A DNA stretch of 64,000 bases from Eledone cirrhosa (Eukaryota): the NCBI GenBank assembly GCA_964016885.1, contig OZ024743.1:294872001-294936000 (forward strand). The letters run 5' to 3'. The stretch's first letter is position 1. Every line of letters begins with the position of its first letter. The notes beneath the pieces are model-generated. The model was not told the origin of the DNA and did no database searches. It was given only the letters and a program-made list of their open reading frames with translations. Shown in pieces: positions 14,071 through 26,764 of this stretch. The position numbers and the translations under genes were made by a program.

Positions 14071-14075
<5 letters not shown>
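13108..14075. mobile_element. ORF-less HHR-bearing element with inverted and direct repeats (PLE-pLTR-like)
   Basis: 13108-13437 is the reverse complement of about 13555-13880; 13441-13650 is directly repeated at 13864-14075. Confidence 0.75.
13822..13864 (+). ncRNA. Type I hammerhead ribozyme; degenerate inverted copy at 13123-13165
   Basis: acggtg-CTGATGA-cagct aata ggcta-GAAA-ctag-TT-catcgt. Confidence 0.8.
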
Positions 14076-14146
<71 letters not shown>

Positions 14147-14151
<5 letters not shown>

Positions 14152-14700
14152 ATACTTGGGGTGGGTCATATTTGTGTAATATTGCCAGAATTAATAACAG
14201 AACACACTCACTGTTTGGTTGGTTTTCGCTTCTCGCTGTCTTTTATATCTGCGATCTAACTTAACCGGTCCTCAATGTTGCCATTGACTGACCGACGGTC
14301 AAAAATAATACAGATACAATATAGACACAAACACATATATATAGTTTACATAATTTACATAAATCTTTCGTTGCACATCTGCAACATCGTCAGTGGTGTT
14401 ATATTTTTTCCTCCTGTTGTGTTGTATGTCTACGCCATTTTTTATTCAGTCTGTCTATATATTTATTTATTTATTTGCTTGTTTGTTTATTTTATTTTGT
14501 CATCTTTGCGCATGCGTTTGCGTGTGTGTACAGTGTTGTGTGTGCTGTGTGACTAGTGTGTATAGTGTTGTGTCTGCTGGGTGACTAGTGTGTGTTCATG
14601 TGCTTGTTGTTATTATGCTTGTGTATGTATTTATTTATCTTATTTTATTTTATTTTATTTATTTACTTATTTATACTTCTCTTAGGTCAGTGTTGTTTGT
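14147..14700 (-). mobile_element. PLE family F 3' UTR/pLTR remnant
   Basis: Homologous to 53857-54260 (shared ttgttatactt..ggtgggtcat end); contains an HHR. Confidence 0.6.
14358..14395 (-). ncRNA. Type I hammerhead ribozyme, family F
   Basis: Minus strand: ca-CTGACGA-t-gttgca gatg tgcaac-GAAA-gatt-TA-tg; stem I short. Confidence 0.65.
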
Positions 14701-14725
14701 TTGGGTGTTGTTGTTGTCGCTAAAC

Positions 14726-14756
<31 letters not shown>

Positions 14757-14834
14757 GAATACACACACACACACATATTTATATATATACATACATACAT
14801 GCATACAGACACACACAGACACACACACACACAA

Positions 14835-14908
<74 letters not shown>

Positions 14909-14968
14909 CTGTGTATGTATGTTTGTATGCATGTATATATATAAATATGTGTGTGTTTGTGTGTTCGT

Positions 14969-15058
<90 letters not shown>

Positions 15059-15749
15059 AAACAATAGTCGTATAGGTAAGCTTTGAGGAGTAAATCTCTG
15101 GAGATCAAGACTCAGAGAATCTTGTTTCCGGTAATCGGACGTTTGGATACATTTCAAAACCATGCAAATTGAAGTAAATATGTGAAAGCGGTAGACGGTC
15201 TTCGGAGAGGTGCAGTAGTGATGCAAGGCAAAGAAGATGGAAGAGGCGCAGCAGCAATGCAGGCGGAGGTCACTGTTGCCGAGATACCCATTTCTCTCAT
15301 TCGCGTCGCGAACGGTGTTCGTGCCCGTTCGTTGCAAATGGTTCCTCTTGTGTGTTCGACAGGTGGATGCGGACACGCAACCGTCGACAAAAGTAAAAAT
15401 AAAAGAGCAAGACATGACTATATTCATGATAGAGCTGTTCTGCTAGAGAAAGGTTCGCAATTGGCGGATAGCAATATGTCCACCAGAAATATAGTTAATT
15501 GTGATATAAGCGGTAAGCTGTTAGGGGGATATGGAGTAATGGGTGACAAAGTTATGTCTCCAATTAACTTTCACATCATCAATGTAGCTACGACGAGGCG
15601 AGTAAAGCCATCCATAACAAATTCCAAGTCTTCGCGTGTCTGAGGAAAATGACTGGCGCAAATATTATCAAAATATTTCTGCAATATGATGAGATTCCAT
15701 ATAAGCATTCATAACTCATTGTCCTATACACAGGATGACAAGGGACACG

Positions 15750-17150
15750 TTCATAACTTGCAGTCTCCATCCAATGCTGCAAGAACTCGCGATGGGCTTG
15801 CTATCTGTCCTGGGAGGACTGGGACGGACACAAAGTTTGACAATAGGTAACTGGAAATGCAAACAGAGTTCCATGCATTTGGTACTGTATATTTGGATGG
15901 GGGATGAAAACTCAACTATTCAGATGTAGCGTCCGAAATAACTGCGCATGCAAAAGTGGGAATGCTCATAAGTCTGGACGTAAAAATGCGTTATAGACTG
16001 TATCTCATTAGGAGGGAGGATTTGCCTCTTGAATTTTAGGCTGAGTGTAAGATTTTTGTGGCTGGTTTATATTTATGCGACAAACAGAGAGAACAACTAC
16101 AGACTGCTAATTGATGGTGTCACTTCAGCATTAGATGCATATATGGCTGAGTCATATATCCTAATGGGGTCCTGCAATGTTCATGTTGGCACAGACTACC
16201 TGACATGAAAAGGAGTGATTGGAAAGAAGGGATAACCTGACCTAAATACAAATGGAGAAGTCTCGTTAAACTTCTGTTCTAGCAACGGGCTTTCTATCAT
16301 GAAAACCTTCTTCCAGTAAACAGGCATCCATTAATACGCATGCTATAAGAGTCATCGAGGACAGAGATCAATAATTGATTTAGTTATTGTCTCTGATCTT
16401 TTCAATTCTGTGCTGGATGTTTGTGATAAATGAAAAGCTGAGCTCTCACTAACCACCATCTAGTTATCTATATCTTGAGACTACCTAAAACCAAGAAATC
16501 CCCAGACCTGGCAGGTCAATGTTGACCAACAGGAGGATGTATGTGACGCTGGTAGATACGGAAATCAGGACCAGATAAGGTGATGTTATTGCATCCATAT
16601 TAAGAGAATTCTCTGAGAAAACGTAAGAGAGACTGTTTAGCTCGTTGGGTTCTGATTCAACTATTACATGCTGCAGGTGAAAATGGCTTCGTGTGCAGCT
16701 GCTTGGCAGCAGGATCCATTAATTTAATCAAGTGGTCAAAGATAACATCTGAGCAGAGACGCAAGCTTACAAAGCTAACTTAGAAATGAGTCCTCCTTTA
16801 TGCTCTTGCGAGTCAAGCAGACATGAAAAGCCGCAGCAGAGAGAGCAAAGGCGTCCAAAGTTACGACATGGGAGGACTTAGGTGTTAAGCTGGAATCCTA
16901 CTTCAAATCAGCAAATAGAGTAAGCATTTTCTGGCTGACGTTTGCATACCGGGTGAACTGGATCTTTGGAAAGACACCTAAACAATCGCAATCGAGTGTG
17001 ATAATCACAATTTCAAAAAGGGAGTCAAGATAGCTTGCTTCAATTACAGTGAGATCTCCTTGAGAAGCCTCCTCTGTAAAATCTACGCTAAGAGACTGGC
17101 AAAGAAATGTAAGTATATTGTCGAGGCTAAACTTGCCGGCTTAGAAATGC
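15750..17150 (+). pseudogene. Old, heavily decayed RTE-like LINE (APE and RT fragments)
   Basis: LTIGNW at about 15837; ILMGSCNVHVG at about 16168; NGLSIMKTFF, RSIIDL; NYSEISLRSLLCKIYAKRL at about 17042; many stops and frameshifts. Confidence 0.75.
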
Positions 17151-17714
17151 GTAGATCTCGTAAAAAATGGAGGCTTCTACGCTGGTGTCAGAAATCTCAG
17201 TCTTCCTGATGACTGTTCCTGTTATCGTGATTTTTTTTTGTTACTTTTGTTTTTGTGGTTATTTGTATTGTATTTATTTTTGCTGTCGTGGTGATTTTAC
17301 AGGAGGCGTGGGCGAGGATTGTGATGGCACTGGCTGTATTGCTGTTGGTATTCGCTGTGCCAACTGTTATGATGGTCGGCTTTCACGCTGGCAGATTTTG
17401 AGAGTGGCGCAAAATCAAGAACGTGTGTTTTGATTTGGGATGTTGTTGTTTTTTGTTTTTGTTGTTGCCGTTTTCGTTTTTTTTATTTGTTTATAAATAA
17501 TAGAACTATTCTTTACTTGACTGCATACTTTGTTAGTCTAGATAAATCAGTTGTTGATAGTTGATAAAAAAACATTATTTTTACAAGATGTACTGTTTCT
17601 TAACATGATTTGTTTTTCAATTTTCAATCACCATTCTTTCAGTTTGAACATATTGTTACGATTTAATATTGATATGCTCTTTGCTAATATTGATTACGTA
17701 TTAACGCTCAATTA

Positions 17715-17826
17715 GTTAAAATCCCGCCGAGGTTAACTTTGTCATTCATCGTTACGGGGTCGATAAAATAAAGCACCAGTAATGCAGTGGGATAATTGCT
17801 GGCCTTGTGCCAAAAGTAGAATCAAA
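17715..17826 (+). mobile_element. Nin-like SINE, 5'-truncated
   Basis: Matches the 3' part of 165-348. Confidence 0.8.
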
Positions 17827-17863
17827 TATGTTTGTTTGGTTCACAATATCATTATACACATTG

Positions 17864-18040
17864 AATTGGCAGTATCGGTAGAGGGTCAGACATGCTTTCC
17901 AGCACAGTTACGTCCTTTTACGATCTGAGTTCAAATCCCGCCGAGGTTAACTTTGCCTTTCATCCTTACGAGGTCGATAAAATAAAGTACCAGTAATGTA
18001 CTGGGTAATTGCTGGCCTTGTGCCAAAAGTAGCAACAATT
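17864..18040 (+). mobile_element. Nin-like SINE
   Basis: Near full-length match to 165-348. Confidence 0.85.
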
Positions 18041-18098
18041 ATACACATAAGGGTGATTTGACCTCCTTCACAATCCTCTATTCTAGTTAGGAAGCAAC

Positions 18099-18272
18099 AT
18101 TCTTCTTCTTCTTCTTCTTCTTCTTCTTCTTCTTCTTCTTCTTCTTCTTCTTCTTCTTCTTCTTCTTCTTCTTCTTCTTCTTCTTTTCGCCGCTGTTGTT
18201 GTTTGCGGTACTGTTGCTGTTGTTCAACAAAATACATTGGATAACAATATAACAACAAACTTACGAGACGAA

Positions 18273-18304
<32 letters not shown>

Positions 18305-18316
18305 GGAGGAGGAGGA
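18099..18316. repeat. (TTC)n and (GAG)n microsatellites
   Basis: Direct tandem repeats at 18099-18184 and 18279-18316. Confidence 0.9.
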
Positions 18317-18551
18317 GTGGGGGCAGAGCAGAAGAAGGAACACAGGGATTAGGAAGAAAAGAAGGAGGAAGGGAGGGATGGAAGGAAAGAAGGATAGTAG
18401 GAAGACAAGGAAAATTGAATTACACTGACAGGAAATAATTAGATGACATAACTTTCACAATACATTAAATGGATGTGAGAAAGACGTGAAGGGAGAACTG
18501 AGAAGTTTACAAGAAAACAGAACAATGAGAGGATAATACTACTTCTGGTCA

Positions 18552-18745
18552 AATAATTGTTTCTACTTTTAGCACAAGGCCAGCAATTATCCCAGTGCAT
18601 TACTACTGCTTTATTTTATCGACCCCGTAAGGATGAAAGACAAGATTAAGCTTGGCGGGATTTGAACTCAGACCGTAAACGTTTATAATTCTCTGCTGCA
18701 AAGCATAGCTTCCGACCCTCTACCGATACTGCCTATCTACCGCCG
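18552..18745 (-). mobile_element. Nin-like SINE
   Basis: Reverse-complement match to 165-348. Confidence 0.85.
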
Positions 18746-18779
18746 ATATAGTAGAATCGTTTTCCGTCAGTGGTTACAA

Positions 18780-19232
18780 TAAGGGTTGCACTTTTTCGAT
18801 TAAGGGAACGATCTGCTCGTGAAATCAATGTATAAATGGTTGAGCATTAAACAAATGCACTGGTCGTCATCAAAGTAACTAGCAGAAACAATTATTCATT
18901 CACTATTTATTGAAAGTAATCCAACTTATTTTACTAACGGGAGAAACAAATATATTCAGGACACAATTGCGCACTCCTCCCTTTAATATATGATTCTCAG
19001 CGTGATTCAGCGTGATACCCTGTGTGAGAAGGCCGACCTTTTGAATTACAGGTATAATCCCACTGCCGGGCTTCCAAACACTTTCCGTCTATCCAATTTT
19101 GTTCATAAAGCTTAGCTCAACCGTGGATATGATATATGACAATTACCAAACATAGCCCGGTGTAGAATCGAATTCGGAATTTAATGATTGCGTAGCGAAC
19201 TTCTTAATCATTCGTCCATGCTCCGTCCACAT
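18780..19232 (-). mobile_element. Second tRNA-derived SINE family, diverged and interrupted
   Basis: Minus strand: ggagcatggacgaatgattaagaagttcgct...gaattcgattctacac (A/B boxes); related to 51204-51460 and 62990-63200. Confidence 0.55.
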
Positions 19233-19279
19233 GTGCAAAGACAGCGAGACTGACCAGCAGCAGCAGCAGCAGCAACAGC

Positions 19280-19341
<62 letters not shown>

Positions 19342-20352
19342 ATGATATTGATGTTTTAGTTGTTGTTTAGTCAATAGGTAATTCTGATGGAAATTCGTTT
19401 ACAGGTACAATTCTATAGATTTGCTGTTGAATATATAAACGAAATCACACACTGATATCGCTGCTGAGCTGGCCATCTGCAGAAGTGACACACTCGTATG
19501 GAAATGACTACTTCAAAGCGTCTCTCTCGCTTTCCTCGAGGTTAATGCTGTCACCATTTTGTCCGCTGGGATCATGAGGCAAGCGGCTTGCAGTAGACGT
19601 TCTACACGTAAGAGAGCGTTCTTCAGCATTTTCCGGGTAAGATGTATCATTGGGATAGCGATAATGTAGATTGCTTATGACTGCAACCCCTCTCGACGCA
19701 CACACAAGCAATCATGCATTGTAAGTTTTATTGTAAAAGAACATTATTTTTGAAAACTACCCTTGATTAAGCCTGTTTCAAAAGTAGAAAATAATCAATA
19801 ATCACTTTGATCCTTTCGCTGTCGATTAATAAAGTACCAACGAACGAAGTTGGATTATGGGTGTAATTAAAGCGTCCGACGGGGCGAATTTCTGAATCTT
19901 TCCCAGTTCTGAGTGTTCTTAGTTCAAATTATGTTTCCAGTCACCGGAAAGATAGTGACATTTTTGCCAAGATTTACGAATGCTGTATCGTATTATTAAT
20001 TGAAACAACAACGCAATCAGTTTCCTTCGTCTGATAAATCCTCTTTCTTTCGTTCGTTTAAACATATAGTTCAAAGATTTATAAACTGTGTTGTGACGTT
20101 CAGTGTTTTGCCAATACTCTGTAGGTGTATTAAGAAAGAAACTAAAATCTTATCAAATTTTACCAATATTCAGCTGTGAAATATATTTACAGAGCTAGCA
20201 AATTGTGTACCAGTAAATAAAGCTTGATTGTTGACAATTCTTAGGGGATCATTTTGTAATTTCTTAGATTATTTTGTCACAAACAAAATTTGATTAATGT
20301 GGCACTAAAACCTGTAATATTTGTTTTACATTCTCGTACCCAGCCCTGTATC

Positions 20353-20496
20353 ATTTCAACATCAGACGAAGCCAACATTGCTTTTTAGCCTTTCTAATGT
20401 CCTCTCTCTGTATATCTTAATCTCTCTCTCTCTATATCTATTTCACTTTCCTCTCTCTTACTCTCTCGTTCTATCTCTCTTTTGCCCTCTTACTCT
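20353..20496. repeat. About 140-bp direct repeat; second copy at 22683-22824
   Basis: atttcaacatcagacgaagccaacattgctttttagcc...tgccctcttactct present twice. Confidence 0.9.
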
Positions 20497-21576
20497 TTCT
20501 CTCTCTATCTCTTTCTGCTCTCTCTCTCTTTCTCTCTCTCAAGCTCTCAAGCTCTCCTTTTCCAGATTGACTCTACAAGTTTGAAATGTCCCTATATCAT
20601 TATGGCGCATCTAGGGTATCATAAGAGGTTATAAGTCCATACATACATGCGTTAAGATGTGTTTCGATGAAAATATTTTTTTACTATTTCATTTAACTTC
20701 ATGTACTCTGCTCCTTGTTATATATATCAAGAGCTTATGGTGGTGACCACAACAGATATAGGTGAGATTGCATCGGTCTACGCATGCCAGCTTCTGCTCT
20801 TCTATAAATGTGATTAGTAGTGTGTATACCAACACAATGTTTAATGACAATAGCCACTTAAATAGATTATTGGGGCTCCCGTGTTTCTCTCTCTCAGTCT
20901 CTCTTTCTCTCTCTGCTTCCTCTCTCACACGCTCTCACCCCCCTCTCTCTCTCTGTTTATTTGCAAATGAGATGGAAAATAGTCTTTTGGGAATCAGCAT
21001 CATATAGGAAAATGACGTGATATATATGTATATATAATTCATTCAATATTGGATTTGGTGAACAATCATTATATTGTTATACTGAAAAAAATAGGCAGAA
21101 ACAAGGAATTTACGGTGTAATTTGATTGAAACAAATATCGCAATGAGTCTGTACGCTGAAGCGTTGTTATGTTGTAGCGTTGCTATGTTGTGTTATCGGT
21201 TACTTTTTGTGCTATTCGTTTTAGATATTTGTAAATATATTGAGATATATTTGTGGATCATGCAAGCAAAAGTAAATCCACACATCGGATTACAAACCAG
21301 ATTGGAACTTCCAAGTTATAGCCACTTTTTTTTACACTTGTTCATGCATATGCATATATATATATATATATATATATTAGATAGAGGTGTTAAAAACCAG
21401 CTAGACCATAACTCACCATAGAACTCCATACTCGGGGTAGTAGAGTGGGTAATATGAAAGGATTCAGGACCCCCACAGATGAACTCCGGCGTTTTGACAG
21501 GCTGATCCGAACACTCAGTTCGGATTGAGTTTTCCAAACGGCTGGAGCTCAGCCGTCAGGATCCTGAATATTTCCA

Positions 21577-21666
<90 letters not shown>

Positions 21667-21812
21667 TTTTGAGTTTATGTTGGTTGTATACCAACACCTC
21701 AGTATGCAGGCTGGAGCACTCGACGAAGTGCGCAGGTTGGTTTGGTTACTCCGGAGTAGTGTAAAATAAAGTTAAATAAAAGTCAAATGATTAAAATTTA
21801 GCTTCGTTTATT

Positions 21813-21867
21813 ACTGCTATATATATTTCAGTGACAGCCATCTTTGGCTGTGACCTCTTCAGGCAGT
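21813..21867 (-). ncRNA. Type I hammerhead ribozyme, family B
   Basis: Reverse complement of 22436-22490. Confidence 0.88.
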
Positions 21868-22435
21868 TTGAATTAGTATGGTATAGACAAGTACATATGT
21901 TGTTTAGGTGTATGATATTGTCAATACTCTGATATGCCCAGTTCCTTGCTGGGTTCCTTGCTGCTGCTAACAATTTAGAAGTACTTCTAAATTGTTAGCA
22001 GCAGCAAGATATAAGCTGACCACTACAACAACAACAGTACCAAAATGATGGTGGAGGTCAAATGTACTGAACAATAGCAGGCATAAACACTACAGGGAGC
22101 CTCACCCCAGAAAGAATTCTATAGACTTCTGACTGAGGAATGCTCTCAGAACTGAACAATGGGAAGTTTGACACATTTTTGATATTTTGTTCCTTCAACA
22201 CCTTGTCCCTTCTACCATTTTATCAATTTTTAAGCTAACTCCAACAATGACAACACTAATAACTGACCAATGAGAGGTGAAGGGGACCTGTGACACGAAA
22301 ATTCGTTTGTTTGAATTAATATGACTCCAGTTCCCCAGTGAATTAACAACCCAGCAAGGAACTGGGCATATCAGAGTATTGACAATATCATACACCTAAA
22401 CAACATATGTACTTGTCTATACCATACTAATTCAA

Positions 22436-22490
22436 ACTGCCTGAAGAGGTCACAGCCAAAGATGGCTGTCACTGAAATATATATAGCAGT
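22436..22490 (+). ncRNA. Type I hammerhead ribozyme, family B
   Basis: actgc-CTGAAGA-ggtcacagcca aaga tggctgtcact-GAAA-tatata-TA-gcagt, immediately followed by AATAAA. Confidence 0.88.
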
Positions 22491-22534
22491 AATAAACGAA
22501 GCTAAATTTTAATCATTTGACTTTTATTTAACTT

Positions 22535-22658
<124 letters not shown>

Positions 22659-22822
22659 GTATATATATATATGTATATATATATTTCAACATCAGACGAA
22701 GCCAACATTGCTTTTTAGCCTTTCTAATGTCCTCTCTCTATATATCCTAATCTCTCTCTCTATCTCTATTTCACTTTCCTCTCTCTTACTCTCTCGTTCT
22801 ATCTCTCTTTTGCCCTCTTACT

Positions 22823-22905
<83 letters not shown>

Positions 22906-24619
22906 ATAATAATAAATTTGAAGACTAAAATCCAAAGAGGGCTCGATAAGGATAAATATATATCAAATATAAAAGAACCGTAGAGCAAATATTTATTAAA
23001 ATAACAGATTAAAGTTTAACCAAAGAATCGCTGCTTTCACCCTTAACGGGATCTTCTGAAACTAACAAAGTCAATCTCTGAATGCAGAAGTGAATATTTC
23101 AAAAAACGTTACAACCGGAGTAAGACAGGAAGACGATACTTTGGTTCGTGGGAACGTTCCCTGGCAAAGAACGGAAAAAAACGAATATAATACGTTATTA
23201 TTTGGAGCGGTGAAAAACAATTACACGCAGAGACAAAACAACTTTTATGGTATAAAAGAATTCGTAGACGAATATTCTATTACATGGTTAATAGAGACGT
23301 TCTCTGGCAATGAACGGAAAAAACGAAGATAATACGTCATATGTGGAGCGGGGAGAACAATTGCACGCAAAGACAAAACCACGTAAATGGTATAACTGAA
23401 GTCGTTGACTAAAATTCTAATTACGAAAGAGAATGATTCCCGGCTTCAGAGTTAAGAATAAAGTAAATAAAATACAGAGGTAAATGAAATTGAATAAATA
23501 CATACACGCATCCATATACGTACAATCACAAGCATACGCGAAAACACTTGCCATAGGTATACAAATACATGCACGTACACAATTAAAAACCGCAAGCACA
23601 TACAGAACCCACGCACTGACTGTACACGAACGCATACGACTGTATTCACCAAATACATATAAAAATATATATAATATATATATATGTGTGTGTGTGTGTG
23701 CTTGTATATATATAATTAAATAAACGTATATAAATAAGTAAATACGTATATAACCAGCGCACACACAAACCTACATGTAAATACACTTATGTTCGGAGAC
23801 GACAAAACACGAAGTACACATATACACACACACTACATACGTACGAACCGGCATACTCACACAGACGCAAAACTCACGTATACATATAACCGAAAGCATA
23901 TGTACCAGAATATATAATATATACGCCATAACATATACAATCAAATATACGTACGAGAAAGTATACGTACCTTAAAAAAACGTACAGGTAATATACACTT
24001 ACCTATACAAATAAGTAATGGTATAAACATAACATATACTTAGCTACCACATCAAGACGTAAACTATCCGAGTATAGTTCGTACTATCCGTTAGATTTTT
24101 TGTTAAAGATGTCTTTGGCGTAGAGTATTTCCGGGGCCTCAGCGGCGCAGAGGTCACATGGTCTTTTATTTCCGTTATACGATCTAGCGCTAGCTAGGAT
24201 CTCCCAGTGTAACTTATATTGGGTGTGGTTGTATTTTAGACTCCAGATATAAGCTGAAAGTGACGTCATATTTCTTCTAGGTCTATTCTCGTACTCTGTA
24301 TATGCTACATTACTGACAAATCCTCTCCGAGCAAGAGCTTCATTGTAATATGTGGAATGGTCGTTGAAATATGCTCGTTAGTAGATAGACGGAAAAGCCT
24401 CAAAGAAACGTTTCTTACCAGATTATTGGCTATGCTTGCAGGATGGTTAGAATGATTTACTTATGTAATTAAGCGTATCATTCGGCTTTCTATACGGGTA
24501 ATGCAAGCCATTCGATAAATTGAGGGTAACGTCGAGGTAATTAACGACCAAGAGGTTGTCCTCAACCTGTATGGAGAGGTTGAAGCCTTTAAAAAAGGCT
24601 GTGAGTTCTTTTCTGAACC

Positions 24620-25458
24620 TGGTAAGTAACGTTTCTTTGAGGCTTTCCCGTCTATCTACTAACGATCATATTTTCAACGACCATTCCACATATTACAATG
24701 AAGCTCTTGCTCGGACTGGATTTGTCGATAAGGTAGCATATACAGAGTACGAGAATAGACCTAGAAGAAATAGATCCCGACGCATTATATGGTATAACCC
24801 ACCATATAATATGGAGGTGGCCACACCATTAGCTAAGATGTTTTTCTCCCTTATTATGAAACATTTTTCCCCTACACATAAATATAGTAAAATCTTTAAT
24901 AGAAATATTCTTAAAATTTCTTACTCTACGACTCCTAACCTTGCACATAATACCACAGCTTCAAATTTAGCTAAACTATCTAACCGTAGGAACACGTGTA
25001 ATCCTGTAGTTAGTACTAACTGTAATTGTAAGAATCGGGTTGACTGCCCCCTTCCGGGAAATGCCGCTCTAGTAACATTGTCTACAAATGTAAGGTTGAA
25101 ACACCCACGTACCGTGGGTCCTACATGGGGTAACCGCCAATAGATTCAAGCAGCTTCTTTATATGCATAGCCCTCTTTTTGTTACCCTTTGAGAAGGAAT
25201 ATGACGTCACCTTCAGCTTATATTTGGAGTCTAAAAGACAACCACACCCAATATAAGTTACACTGGGAGATCCTAGCTAGGGCTAGATCATATAACGGAA
25301 ATAAAAGACTATGTGACCTCTGCGCCGCTGAGGCCCTGGAAATACGCTACGTCAAAGACCACATCTTAAACAAAAGATCTGAGGCAATTTCGGCTTGTAA
25401 ACATAAATTGCACAAAACCTTCCTGTATTACAGCACCACATTATACCCTAACGGATAG
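24620..25458 (+). pseudogene. PLE RT thumb/linker + GIY-YIG, 5'-truncated and frameshifted
   Basis: IIWYNPPY, LKISYS, CNC...CPL, WEIL...CDLCAAE. Confidence 0.9.
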
Positions 25459-26497
25459 TACGAACTATACGCGGATAGTTTACATCTTGATGTGGTAGCT
25501 AAGTATATGTTATGTTTATACCATTACTTATTTGTATAGGTAAGTATATATTAGCTGTATGTTTTGTGAAGGTACGTATACTTTCTCGTACGTATATTTG
25601 ATTGTATATGTTATGGCGTATATATTATTTTTTCTGGTACATATGCTTTTGGTTATGTGTATACGTGAGTTTTGCGTCTGTGTGAGTATGCCGGTTCGTA
25701 CGTATGTAGGATGTGTGTAAAAGTGAACTTCGTGTTTTGTCGTCTCCGAACATAGATGTATTTACATGTAGGTATGTGTGTGCGCCTGTTATATACGTAT
25801 TTATTTATTTATATACGTTTATTTAATTATATCTATACATACACAAACACACACCCATATTTATATATTTTTTAATGCGTATTTGGTGTATACAGTCGCA
25901 TGCGTGCGGGTACTGGCGGTGCGTGGGTACTGTATGTGCGTGCGGTTTTTTTATTATTATTTTTTTATTTCTTTTTTTTTGTACGTGCCTGTATTTGTAT
26001 ACCTATGGCGAGTGTTTTCGCGCATGCTTGTGATTGTACGTATATGGATGCGTGTATGTATTTATTTAATGTCATTTACCTCTGTAATTTATTTACCTTA
26101 TTCTTAACTCTGAAGCCAAGAATCATTCGGTTTCGTAGTTAGAATTTTAGTTTACGTCTTCAGTTATACCATTTACGTGGTTTTGTCTTTGCGTGTAATT
26201 GTTCTCCACGCTCCACATATGACGTATTATCTGCGTTTTTTCAGTTCATTGCCAGAGAACATCTCTATGAACCACCTAATAGAATATTAGTCTACGACTT
26301 CTTTTATACCATAAACGTGGTTTTGTCTTTGCGTGTAATTGTTTTTCACCGCTCCAAATAATGACGTATTATATTCGTTTTTTTTCCCGTTGATTGCCAG
26401 GGAACGTTTCCACGAACCAAATTATCGTCTTCATGTCTTCCTCCGGTTGCAATCTTTTTTAAATATTCACTTCTGCATTCACAGATTGACTTTAGTT

Positions 26498-26548
26498 AGT
26501 TTCAGAAGATCCCTTTAAGGATGAAAGCAGCGATTCTTTGCTTAAACT
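26498..26548 (+). ncRNA. Hammerhead-like motif, family C (U4A core); further copies at 23013-23063(-), 35559-35609(-), 39818-39868(+), 56790-56840(+), 62207-62257(-)
   Basis: Consensus agttt-CAGAAGA-tccc gttaa gggt-GAAA-gca gcgattctt tgc-TT-aaact. Confidence 0.65.
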
Positions 26549-26576
26549 TTAATCCGGTATTTTAATAAATAAATAA

Positions 26577-26670
<94 letters not shown>

Positions 26671-26764
26671 AAATGTGTGTCTGCATATATACATATATAA
26701 CATTGATGATTATAATATTGTTATTATCAAGTTGAGTAATGAAACTTTACCGGAAGGTTTTAAG

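Larger units (their letters stand above)
22901..26575. mobile_element. PLE family C (Naiad-type) inverted-repeat copy
   Basis: Left arm 22990-24275 inverted against 25195-26570; thumb and GIY-YIG fragments on + at 24620-25458; RT fragments on - at 24280-24620; (TA)n flanks. Confidence 0.9.

Noticed and set aside
17947-18428. Poly-Glu proteins
   Set aside because: (TTC)n and (GAG)n repeats joined to SINE sequence
22901-26575. DNA transposon or MITE with terminal inverted repeats
   Set aside because: The arms are PLE 3' regions with GIY-YIG and HHR; no transposase, and the ends are asymmetric
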